This document shows, in pieces, positions 1 through 9,137 of a stretch of 64,000 nt of DNA. The notes under the pieces were generated by a model. That model was given only the letters and a program-made list of their open reading frames with translations. It did no database searches and was not told the origin of the DNA. This stretch comes from Tetramitus jugosus (taxonomy: Eukaryota; Protista; Heterolobosea): contig OW569361.1 of the NCBI GenBank assembly GCA_937625935.1, forward strand, positions 1 through 64,000, read 5' to 3'. The stretch's first letter is position 1; each line of letters starts with the position of its first letter. Both the position numbers and the translations under genes were made by a program.

Positions 1-628
1 CCAAACCCAAACCCAAACCCAAACCCAAACCCAAACCCAAACCCAAACCCAAACCCAAACCCAAACCCAAACCCAAACCCAAACCCAAACCCAAACCCAA
101 ACCCAAACCCAAACCCAAACCCAAACCCAAACCCAAACCCAAACCCAAACCCAAACCCAAACCCAAACCCAAACCCAAACCCAAACCCAAACCCAAACCC
201 AAACCCAAACCCAAACCCAAACCCAAACCCAAACCCAAACCCAAACCCAAACCCAAACCCAAACCCAAACCCAAACCCAAACCCAAACCCAAACCCAAAC
301 CCAAACCCAAACCCAAACCCAAACCCAAACCCAAACCCAAACCCAAACCCAAACCCAAACCCAAACCCAAACCCAAACCCAAACCCAAACCCAAACCCAA
401 ACCCAAACCCAAACCCAAACCCAAACCCAAACCCAAACCCAAACCCAAACCCAAACCCAAACCCAAACCCAAACCCAAACCCAAACCCAAACCCAAACCC
501 AAACCCAAACCCAAACCCAAACCCAAACCCAAACCCAAACCCAAACCCAAACCCAAACCCAAACCCAAACCCAAACCCAAACCCAAACCCAAACCCAAAC
601 CCAAAACCCAAAACCCAAACCCAAACCC
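1..628. repeat. Telomeric repeat array (CCCAAA)n / (TTTGGG)n
   Basis: About 100 perfect CCCAAA hexamers from the window start, C-rich strand 5'. Two CCCAAAA variants lie at about 600-613, near the junction. Confidence 0.98.
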
Positions 629-1480
629 CCACAGTTGATGCGTGAAAAACGGACACCATTTGTTAGGGAGAATTTTGAGGCAGCAGAGTCAAAGACTGTT
701 GCTGAGATTGTTCTCACACTATGCAAACACATTGTTGTTGGAGATAGATAGTTTGGTAATTTGAGTGTGTCCACTGAGTTGAAGAAATTAGGCATAGACT
801 CAGTGTTAAAATGCATGTCAAATAGACCAACTGAATTGTGGAAGAAGGTGCACTCATTGCAAGCCAATGAACATCAGTATAAGATTGCTAGAGCAACCAA
901 CGACATCGGATCTGACATTTTCAAGTACTCCTATACACGCATGAACAGCTCAGATGATACCGAGGGTGAAAATCACGAAAATTAGTTGTCAACACACAAG
1001 TTTGACAACTATTTGAACAAGATTACCAATACGATTGGTGAAGACAAAAATCGCGTGGAAGTAGAGACTATTGCCCATGAAGAATTTTGTTTTTATAACA
1101 AAATTTCAGGTTTTGTTGATGAGGCGAACAGATCAATTCTAACCTGTTACTACCGACATCGAATCATGGATTACAACATTGCGATCCTCATTTTTTTCAT
1201 GAGTTTACTCGCTCATAATGCCAGAGTTCTCTATAACAAGCAGGTAGACTTTGTAAAACAACTGGCAAAGGAATTGTTTCCATTGGAAGATGTATGTGAG
1301 AAACATACCCTCTATCTCTTGAATGGACCTATGAAGAATTGTCCTGTGTGCTATTGGACTCAGACACAAAACAAAGTACAAGTGAAAGACATCAAAAGGA
1401 AGAAAACTCAGTACGGATGTCGCAAATGTCGACATTGTTTGATTCATTTAATCATTGCGACTATGTCTTGCATAAGTTAA
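626..1480 (+). pseudogene. 5'-truncated, decayed piggyBac-like transposase
   Basis: One reading frame gives [16 protein letters not shown]...HIVVGDR*FGN...KCMSNRP...N*LSTHK...FVDEANRSILTCYYRH...CPVC...CRKC. It is collinear with the intact transposase at 38411-40156 (PPIDRSKKLKLVRED, HIVVGDSWFG, KCKSDRP, ILSTFH, VIDEVNASIMSSYYNH, CKVC..CPAC). In-frame TAG stops at 749-751 and 983-985. Confidence 0.88.
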
Positions 1481-1676
1481 AGTATCTGTAAAATTGTTAC
1501 CGTTTCATTCCTAATCGGGACTTCTTTGAGAAAAATTTCCCACGAACATCCAGATTTAGCCCTCCTATTTTGTTCATCTCAAACAAAAATCTAACAGAAC
1601 TCACAAATTTCTGCCTGCCATCCCAATTCTTCAAACGGGCAATCTATCTGATTTCGAACTGAATTGGGATCCCCGC

Positions 1677-2447
1677 ATGAAGTCCGCACCATGTCCGTAC
1701 TCCGCACCCCTTCAGTCGGATGAAGTAACTGTGTTGGATGTTGCGACGGGCTCAGGTCTCGTTGCAAGAGAGGTTGCAAAGTTGTTTGTCCAACATGAAA
1801 AAGAAGAAGACAAGAAGACTCAAACTCCACCTCGTGCAAGCATATATGGAGTGGACTTTTCTCAGGGTATGATTGAGACTGCTCAAAAGAATAGTCGAGA
1901 TGAAGAATGGAGTGACTTGGTTCATTTTGAAGTAATGGATGGACAGGCATTGACCTTTGAAGATGAAAAATTCGATTACGCATTCTCTCTCATGGGTGTC
2001 ATCTTCTTCCAGGATATTGCCAAAGGTATTCGACAGATGAATCGAGTATTGAAGAAGAATGGAAAGGCTGTGATTGCCACATGGACCAATCAATACCCCA
2101 ATCTGGCGCTCATGAGGGCACTCGATGTAGCAGGAGTGGTCAAACTAGATCTGGGTCAGATCATTGCCATGGAGGACAAGGATGTCATCAAGAACCTTAT
2201 GGAGGAAGGAGGATTACCAGACTTCGAGATCCACACCATTTCACGTTCGTACTATGAACCATTGGATCAGTTGGTCGAGAGACTGTATCAATATGGTCGT
2301 ACCTTCTTGCCTCCCATGACAGAAAACCCCCGATCGATGGAGCTCGTGAAGAAGAGTTTGATTGATATTCTGAAGGAGCGTACCAATGAGGAAGGACTGG
2401 CTGAAATTCAAGTCCAAGCACATGTCATTGTTGCCACAAAGAACTAA
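1677..2447 (+). CDS. Class I SAM-dependent methyltransferase (UbiE/Methyltransf_11-like)
   Basis: Motif I VLDVATGSG, GVDFSQGM, MDGQALTFEDEKFD and RVLKKNGK. The true start is uncertain. Confidence 0.85.
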   Translation: MKSAPCPYSAPLQSDEVTVLDVATGSGLVAREVAKLFVQHEKEEDKKTQTPPRASIYGVDFSQGMIETAQKNSRDEEWSDLVHFEVMDGQALTFEDEKFDYAFSLMGVIFFQDIAKGIRQMNRVLKKNGKAVIATWTNQYPNLALMRALDVAGVVKLDLGQIIAMEDKDVIKNLMEEGGLPDFEIHTISRSYYEPLDQLVERLYQYGRTFLPPMTENPRSMELVKKSLIDILKERTNEEGLAEIQVQAHVIVATKN

Positions 2448-2683
2448 TATACTTTTTCAATAAAACATCATCTGTAACAAATTGAACATCAAACTGACAC
2501 TTTCCTTCGCACGAATGATATGCTCCGGAAAATATTGAACTGAACAATGCCTGGTTGACTTGGTGCTTCTAAACTGTAAGGGCTTTTTAGGCGCTGTGAC
2601 AGGCGGCAACAGAGAGGACATGGCGATGATTTTGGGGTTCGTAACAAATGAATGAAAACAGACATGGCGTGGCATGTCACTAC

Positions 2684-2872
2684 ACACCAACCCCATCAGG
2701 TGACACTTTGCTCCAATGGCTCCAGAAGAAAGGTTTTGAAATGAACATTATTTTGACAGATGCTATTCCGTTTTGTGACATTCCCATTCTCGAATGACTC
2801 TTTGAGAAAGGTGCCTCCCTGGATCGATACAAGTGGGCAATCATGAAACCACCTAACAACAATAAGTTTTAG
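2684..2872 (+). pseudogene. Possible ankyrin-repeat-like relic
   Basis: Frame reads GDTLLQWL...ILE*LFEKGASLD with TGA at 2795. The similarity is weak. Confidence 0.25.
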
Positions 2873-3022
2873 TGGTCCCTTCAGATGATGACAACGTATG
2901 CCTGGACAAGAATTCGATCGAATTTGCCCAACCTACTTGAAGTTGAACCAGCATTTGATTTATTGCATAGCTATGTAAAGCTGGATTGTTGTATTGTAAA
3001 GAGTGCTTCGAAAATTCCAACA

Positions 3023-4456
3023 CTATGAAGGTCCTGGTGGTATATCAATATTTGTGAAATCATTACGCTGATTATTTCTCTGACGTAACGTCTCGTTCGG
3101 CTGAGAAGATGGAGGTTCACTATAGGCATTAACACTGGAGAAGAATGATTGTCCCACATCCTCACATGCCTCTTTTGCTATCTTGGGGGTTACTTTGAGA
3201 ACTGCTTGATTGATTTTGGAGATTTGAATCAAATCGGCAAGAAGAAGACCAACAATGAACCAAGCTACCAGCACACCTATATTCAAACCCAATCGGCTAT
3301 ATGTTCCAAGAGCAATATGTCTCAATCCCTCCATACCGTGACGCATAGGAAATCCCCACCCAAACTTATAGAATCCCGGACATATCTCGAATGGAATTAA
3401 TCCACCTGATCCAGTATAATTGAGATAAAGGAGAATAGGAATGAGCAAATTACTTATAGGTCCGAGTAATGAGACAAGAACCATTACTCCACCTATAAAA
3501 GCCAATATTATCAACCATACATATAGCCAGTGCAATGCCCATCCGTTGTAAAAAGCGTGTCTTGATCCATAACAGATAACCACAGTAGTAAACGCTAGAG
3601 CAATGATACATGCACCAATAATATCATGAATATTTCTTATGATCATTACTTGATACAGTTTCACCTTTCCAACTAATGGAGTCCAGTTACTAATAGATGC
3701 ATTACATAGTGCTGTAGAGATAACGAATAGAATTATCAAAGCAATCGTTGGAATATATTCTTTACCTTGTGGATTACTTGGCCTAAGGTCAATCTCTGTG
3801 AGTGGAAATGGTTGTACAATTGCAGATAGATTCCCTCGTGTTGTGATCAGTGGATCATTCTCCAGAATCGTTAACGTGAAATTCAAATTCAATGCACCGA
3901 CTGTTTCATTCACAATTTGTCTCATCCCATTGATTGCAACATAAGATCTCCCCTGTTCAAACACGTTGAGTATAGAGTTATTATATGCTGTTTTAGAATT
4001 TAAACTCGTTTGTAGATTCTGTGTAAAGTTCGTCGGTATAACTATAGCAGCATAATAATGAGATCCTTGAGCAACACTAACAGGATTCGTTTCAGGTGAA
4101 ATCACTTGATATTTCAGTGCTCCAGTACTCAATAGAACATTGACAAAAAGAGTACCATATGTCCCATTATTATCCTTGTTAATAATGGCTACAGGCAAAT
4201 GAGGAAATCGAGATATATAATTCCAAAATACGCCATAGAATAAGGCTGCCATTGCACATCCCATAAGTAATATAGCAACAAGAGAAATCATTCCCTTCCC
4301 CATTTCCCTAGCCCAATCTTTACGAACAGATCGATCCCACACATTCACTTCATTATGATTCTGTTTGTGCAGATATCTGAAGAATGGAGGACCATGATGC
4401 CCTTTTCTATCATGTGTTTGTCCTCTTAGTTGCTTATCATGATGATCTTCTCCCAT
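3023..4456 (-). CDS. SNG1/DUF3533 (YhgE/Pip, ABC-2-like) membrane protein
   Basis: N-terminal TM helix, VAIINKD, YYAAIVIPTNFT, then about 5-6 C-terminal TM helices with PGFYKFGWGFPMRH. Confidence 0.8.
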   Translation of the reverse strand: MGEDHHDKQLRGQTHDRKGHHGPPFFRYLHKQNHNEVNVWDRSVRKDWAREMGKGMISLVAILLMGCAMAALFYGVFWNYISRFPHLPVAIINKDNNGTYGTLFVNVLLSTGALKYQVISPETNPVSVAQGSHYYAAIVIPTNFTQNLQTSLNSKTAYNNSILNVFEQGRSYVAINGMRQIVNETVGALNLNFTLTILENDPLITTRGNLSAIVQPFPLTEIDLRPSNPQGKEYIPTIALIILFVISTALCNASISNWTPLVGKVKLYQVMIIRNIHDIIGACIIALAFTTVVICYGSRHAFYNGWALHWLYVWLIILAFIGGVMVLVSLLGPISNLLIPILLYLNYTGSGGLIPFEICPGFYKFGWGFPMRHGMEGLRHIALGTYSRLGLNIGVLVAWFIVGLLLADLIQISKINQAVLKVTPKIAKEACEDVGQSFFSSVNAYSEPPSSQPNETLRQRNNQRNDFTNIDIPPGPS

Positions 4457-4639
4457 GTTCTGATTGATTATTTGCTTCGTTCATTTTTTGACTAAGATAC
4501 CGGAAACTGAACCCATCATCATTTTCACAAATAGTTTTTGGATCTATTTGATCTGAGATCAACAAGTGGAGTTCAGTTGCTATTTTGCATCATGTCTCTA
4601 AATTTGAAAAAACCTCAGGAGATGCGGTTCAGTAAATCG

Positions 4640-5027
4640 GACGGAGCTCCTTTCACTTTCAAAGAACAAGGATATGATTGCAATAAATTAGAGACTTTCT
4701 TGCAAAGCACCGATCGATGCCCCCGATCTTTCAACAACATTTCTCAGGTGACAAAGTGCAGGCTGTCCATGACCTCCATTGAGTGTTCATGGATGACACA
4801 GCATTTGTGGATTCTCTGTTTGTGACGACGGACTTGTCATTGATTTACAAGAGATGAATCAAGTGACAATCAATGAAAATAGTGTTACTGTACAGGGAGG
4901 TGCTTTGTGGTCTCATGTCGATCAATTGACATGGAAATGTCACAACAAGGCTGTACACTGCTGGCTTCTTTTTCCTCAAGGAGAAAAATGTACCACTGTG
5001 GTAGAAGAAATCTCGAGTCAAATCTGA
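4640..5027 (+). pseudogene. FAD-linked oxidase (FAD_binding_4) fragment
   Basis: Reads PLSVHG*HSICGFSVCDDGLVIDLQEMNQVTINENSVTVQGGALWSHV. This is the GGHS flavinylation motif with GGA>TGA at 4794, and the frame is truncated afterwards. Confidence 0.7.
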
Positions 5028-5405
5028 CTGAACCATCCGACGGCACCTTGCATGAAACTAAATGTACCTACAGTGTTTCCAATGACAGTTCTCTGTGAAA
5101 GATTCTCTCCATGACCGTGTTCACAGTTGGAATGACACTCTGGCAGTGAGAACACTTGGCTCACTGGACCAAAATGACTTTCATGTCTCTCAATCACGTG
5201 CTTCAAATGAGTTGCAAAATAGAATGAGTTGCTGTGGTCAGGATTACCCAAATTGATATCATGGTTTCCAGCGAGGTAGGTGAAATATCGACCGATGCCT
5301 ATTCATTCTAATCATACTCTGAATCAGTCAGAAATCTACCTCCATCGAACATGTCACCCATGAAAAGGAATGTTTGAGCAGCACAAAAATTGTGGCGCAA
5401 ATTCG
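5018..5405 (-). pseudogene. Cdc1/MPPE1-like metallophosphoesterase fragment
   Basis: Motifs FMGDMFDGG and YLAGNHDI are separated by a stop and frameshift, followed by HESHFGP. The N-terminus is absent and the fragment abuts the start of the kinase gene. Confidence 0.7.
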
Positions 5406-5428
5406 ATAAAACAAGAAGTTGTTGAAAA

Positions 5429-7981
5429 ATGGAAACAAGAGGCTCAAAGAGGTTACGTGACAATGATGCTGTTGGTCTTGAAGAGGATGATAGGAGGAAA
5501 CAGTTGAAAAACGAAGTTTTGGAAAAGATAGATTCATGTGATGAAGCCATACTCTATAAGATCTCGTACAAACTACTGCCTCGATCAATGGTTCCTCACG
5601 GGCCAGTTGTTGATGATAACACTTATGTTGCGCGCCACAACGCGAAGTTGCCACAAACACTGAGGACATTTCTGAACTCCTGGTTGATTTTGTATGATGC
5701 AGAACTGCTTGAAACACAAAAGGCAAGGGAAACATCTGTGGAATCTCCAAACACACCTGAAACAAACGAAACACGTAAACAAGAAACACCAAAAAAGAAG
5801 AAGCCCACGAAGTTACACGTAATGAGCATGTTAAGTCAAGAAGAAAACTGGCTAACCTTTGTTCAGAGACACTCTAATTCAAACACATGGGCAGAGATGT
5901 GTTTACAGCAATTCACTGTTATGCAAATAGTAAGAGAGGCAGTTGGTGCGCTCACTCCTGACTATTTCACTTTTAACAGCAACACTACTTACAAATCTGA
6001 ATCTATTACCAGGACTATCCAGGAGGAAAGATCAACATTAAATGTTCGATCTATCAAGGCAGATATGACTGTTGAATTGAATTACAAACAATTCCCGCGA
6101 CTTGAGCGACCTTTCCCATTTTACTTTCTGACCGTGGAAGTCCAGAAGCACGAAATGACGAGTGTGAAGGATCACAAGGATTACTTCAAAGTTTGTTTTA
6201 CCTTGAGAAATATGCTCAATGATGCAATGGTAGCTTATTCCCCGAAAAAGAAAAATTTGACTGCTTACGGCGTACTAGCTGGTGCAAACGGGATAGCTCT
6301 CTTGGCTCTCACTACAGTAGTGATTCGTAAGGACGATGAAAAGGCTCTTTTTTTCAAGTTGAAGGAGTCACAGATTTTCGAATACAAAGATTGTTCCAAA
6401 GTCGATGAATGTATAAGTTTGTTGAGGATCTTTGCTGCCGAGACAATTGAACAACTTCATCAGTTGGAACTAACATCTGAAAAGTTCATGGACAGCGCCA
6501 AAGCCGCACATGTGACAAGTACCACATTTAACCAAGTTTCTCCCACATATGAAATATGGGATAATGATTTTGAGAACCTAAGGGAGTGTTATGAGGAAAT
6601 CAGAATTCTGCAAGAGATAAATAAGAACCAAATATTTGAACGGATTGAGAAATCGGGAGTTGTGGAACTTTTAGACAAGGAACATACTGAGGGAAAAGAA
6701 GCACTCTACGCACGTGCTTTAGCTCATCTTGTAGTGGGTACCTCTCTGGGTTTTATGCAAGCAGATGGTAAATTGAACATTTTCGTGCACCCTAAGGCAA
6801 ATTCACGTGAATTTTATCTCATCTGGAAGGATGGTTCTGGCTATCATACGAAACAAGGAATTCTCAAAAGAGAACTATCTGAAATAATCAAAGAATCACA
6901 GGTTGACAACAATGACGACAATGATGATGCAAATGGTGACGAAAATCGTCAAAAAAAGTTTTCCGATCGCAATTACAAGAGCTACAAGGGCAAAGGGAGG
7001 AGCAGTGGTTCTACATCCTCCTCTAACTCCTCAGCAACAAACACTATGAATTATTGTTCATATACTGGAGAGCTTGTAGAGGAGCTTGGATTTACAATCG
7101 ACAAACCCTTGATGAGCAATCATAAGGGCTTTGCTTTTATCTCTCAAAAGTCACAATCCATACAAGGTCCAGTGTTTGTCAAGCTTTCAATCGGAACAGA
7201 TGATGAAGAGAAAGTAATGAATGATGTTCCAAAACACACGAATTTGGTGCAAATTTTGAAACATGAACGATTGAATAAGGCATCAATAGAGTGGAAAACA
7301 ACAATGGAGAATGAATACAAGAAACGATGTTACTTAACTGTGACAGAAGCTCTTGAGCCATATGATCAATACTTGAGTGACAAAAAGATTCAAAAACTCT
7401 CTGGAAGATCTAAATTGAAAATTCTGTGTCACACAATGATTGGAATCATGAAGGGTTTGAAGGAACTTCACAAAAAGAATATTATTCATGGTGATTTATC
7501 CATCTGGAACATCATGTTCAGAAAATCGAACATTGTTCTGGAAGATGATTTTGAATTGTATGATGCTGTGATTACTGATATGAACAGCAGTTTTTCATTG
7601 ATTCACTCTATCGCTGGTGGTGTTGGTAGAACACGACCATTTGTATGTGAGGATGATTGGTTTATGACTAAGAAAATGGATTGCTTTTCAATCGGTGTAC
7701 TATTTGCTCACTATCTGAAATTGATAATGACTGGAAATGAGTGGTTTATGATTGTTGTTACAGACACTATCGAAAACAAAAAGTGCCATGACATGATATC
7801 CAAGTACATGAATGAGTTACGTGGAAAATTTGACTCAGTTTTTGGTGAAGAATATGCTGCTTGCTTCAGTCACCTAAAGGCTATAATTGAAGGCTGTATG
7901 ATTACTGGTTCGGCGAAGAGAATGTCCACGAGAGAAGTATGGGACCGTCTTCAAACAATTCACGAAGAGATTTACCATTAA
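5429..7981 (+). CDS. Divergent protein kinase with N-terminal putative PD-(D/E)xK nuclease-like domain
   Basis: C-terminal kinase motifs VFVK, IHGDLSIWNI, ITDMN (DFG position) and DCFSIG. The N-terminal part has KADMTV...TVEVQK...YGVL. Intronless, 850 aa. Confidence 0.75.
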   Translation: METRGSKRLRDNDAVGLEEDDRRKQLKNEVLEKIDSCDEAILYKISYKLLPRSMVPHGPVVDDNTYVARHNAKLPQTLRTFLNSWLILYDAELLETQKARETSVESPNTPETNETRKQETPKKKKPTKLHVMSMLSQEENWLTFVQRHSNSNTWAEMCLQQFTVMQIVREAVGALTPDYFTFNSNTTYKSESITRTIQEERSTLNVRSIKADMTVELNYKQFPRLERPFPFYFLTVEVQKHEMTSVKDHKDYFKVCFTLRNMLNDAMVAYSPKKKNLTAYGVLAGANGIALLALTTVVIRKDDEKALFFKLKESQIFEYKDCSKVDECISLLRIFAAETIEQLHQLELTSEKFMDSAKAAHVTSTTFNQVSPTYEIWDNDFENLRECYEEIRILQEINKNQIFERIEKSGVVELLDKEHTEGKEALYARALAHLVVGTSLGFMQADGKLNIFVHPKANSREFYLIWKDGSGYHTKQGILKRELSEIIKESQVDNNDDNDDANGDENRQKKFSDRNYKSYKGKGRSSGSTSSSNSSATNTMNYCSYTGELVEELGFTIDKPLMSNHKGFAFISQKSQSIQGPVFVKLSIGTDDEEKVMNDVPKHTNLVQILKHERLNKASIEWKTTMENEYKKRCYLTVTEALEPYDQYLSDKKIQKLSGRSKLKILCHTMIGIMKGLKELHKKNIIHGDLSIWNIMFRKSNIVLEDDFELYDAVITDMNSSFSLIHSIAGGVGRTRPFVCEDDWFMTKKMDCFSIGVLFAHYLKLIMTGNEWFMIVVTDTIENKKCHDMISKYMNELRGKFDSVFGEEYAACFSHLKAIIEGCMITGSAKRMSTREVWDRLQTIHEEIYH

Positions 7982-8056
7982 AAAAAAGAGAACACCCTTG
8001 TCCTTCATTCGGAAATAAGTCGCTTCAAACTCACAATTACAAACAACAAACACAAA

Positions 8057-9082
8057 ATGGCAACAGGCATTCGTTGGGGTATATTGGGAACAGGAAGAAT
8101 TGCACATGATTTTGTAACGGCCATCTCTGTCGTACCACAAATCCAAATTGCTGCCGTAGGTTCTCGTAATGAATCATCTGCACAACATTTTGCTCAAAGA
8201 CACAACATCCCAAGGTACTATGCCTCATATGAACAATTGGTTCAAGATTCAAGTGTTGACATTATCTACGTTGCTTCACCTAATACCTTTCACAAGGAAC
8301 ATGCTCTCTTGGCGTTGAATCACAACAAGGCAGTTCTCTGTGAAAAGACATTTACCATCAACGCTGCAGAAGCTGAACAAGTGGTAGACTTGGCTGCAAG
8401 AAAAAACTTGTTCCTCATGGAAGCCAATTGGATGCCATTCTGGCCACTCTTTATCAAAATGAGACAAGTGATCAGTGAAGGATTGATTGGAGAAGTTGAA
8501 TTCTTGCAAGCCAATCTCGGATTCAAAAACAACCATGAATTGAATCCTGGATTATTGGATCCAAAGGTCGGTGGTGGTGCACTATTGGCATGTGGAATTT
8601 ATCCTGTGACTCTTGCAAGTTTTTTGTTTGGGGATACACCAACATCTGTGACAGCTCAAGCCAAGCTGAATGAAAACACAGGTATCGATGAGACTGTTTC
8701 TATTATTCTCAAGTATGGCGATAAGAAGATGGCTTCCTTGTCGACCAGTATTTCAAATTTCCTTGATAGTGGAGCCACAATTTATGGCACAAAAGGTAGC
8801 ATCAGAATGGATCAAATGCATTGCTGTCCAACTAAACTCACAGTATATGTTGATGGAGAGGAACCTGTTGTTTATGAAGAACCTCTTCCTACCAAGGCAC
8901 CAGATGCTGTGTTCAATTTTCCAAACTCTGAAGGTTTAGTGTACGAAGCTCTCCATGTTATGGAACTCGTGACTCAAGCTAAAGTAGAGAGTGACGTAAT
9001 GCCTCACTCGAAAACTGTTGCCAACATGAGAACCATGGACACTATTCGTCAACAAATCGGACTGGAACTTCCAACACACTGA
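8057..9082 (+). CDS. Gfo/Idh/MocA oxidoreductase (DHDH / D-xylose dehydrogenase-like)
   Basis: IRWGILGTGRIA, VLCEKTF and GGGALLACGIYP. Confidence 0.93.
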   Translation: MATGIRWGILGTGRIAHDFVTAISVVPQIQIAAVGSRNESSAQHFAQRHNIPRYYASYEQLVQDSSVDIIYVASPNTFHKEHALLALNHNKAVLCEKTFTINAAEAEQVVDLAARKNLFLMEANWMPFWPLFIKMRQVISEGLIGEVEFLQANLGFKNNHELNPGLLDPKVGGGALLACGIYPVTLASFLFGDTPTSVTAQAKLNENTGIDETVSIILKYGDKKMASLSTSISNFLDSGATIYGTKGSIRMDQMHCCPTKLTVYVDGEEPVVYEEPLPTKAPDAVFNFPNSEGLVYEALHVMELVTQAKVESDVMPHSKTVANMRTMDTIRQQIGLELPTH

Positions 9083-9137
9083 ATCATTGAATAAAACAGT
9101 TGAACAAGTGAGTTATGAAGGGATATTTTATGTCGAG

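Noticed and set aside
1481-1676. 3' TIR of the telomeric piggyBac relic
   Set aside because: No convincing match to the TIRs of the intact element.
749-4796. In-frame TAG/TGA at conserved Trp/Gly positions suggesting stop-codon reassignment
   Set aside because: Long conserved genes have no internal stops and terminate at TAA, TAG and TGA. The stops are confined to truncated subtelomeric relics.
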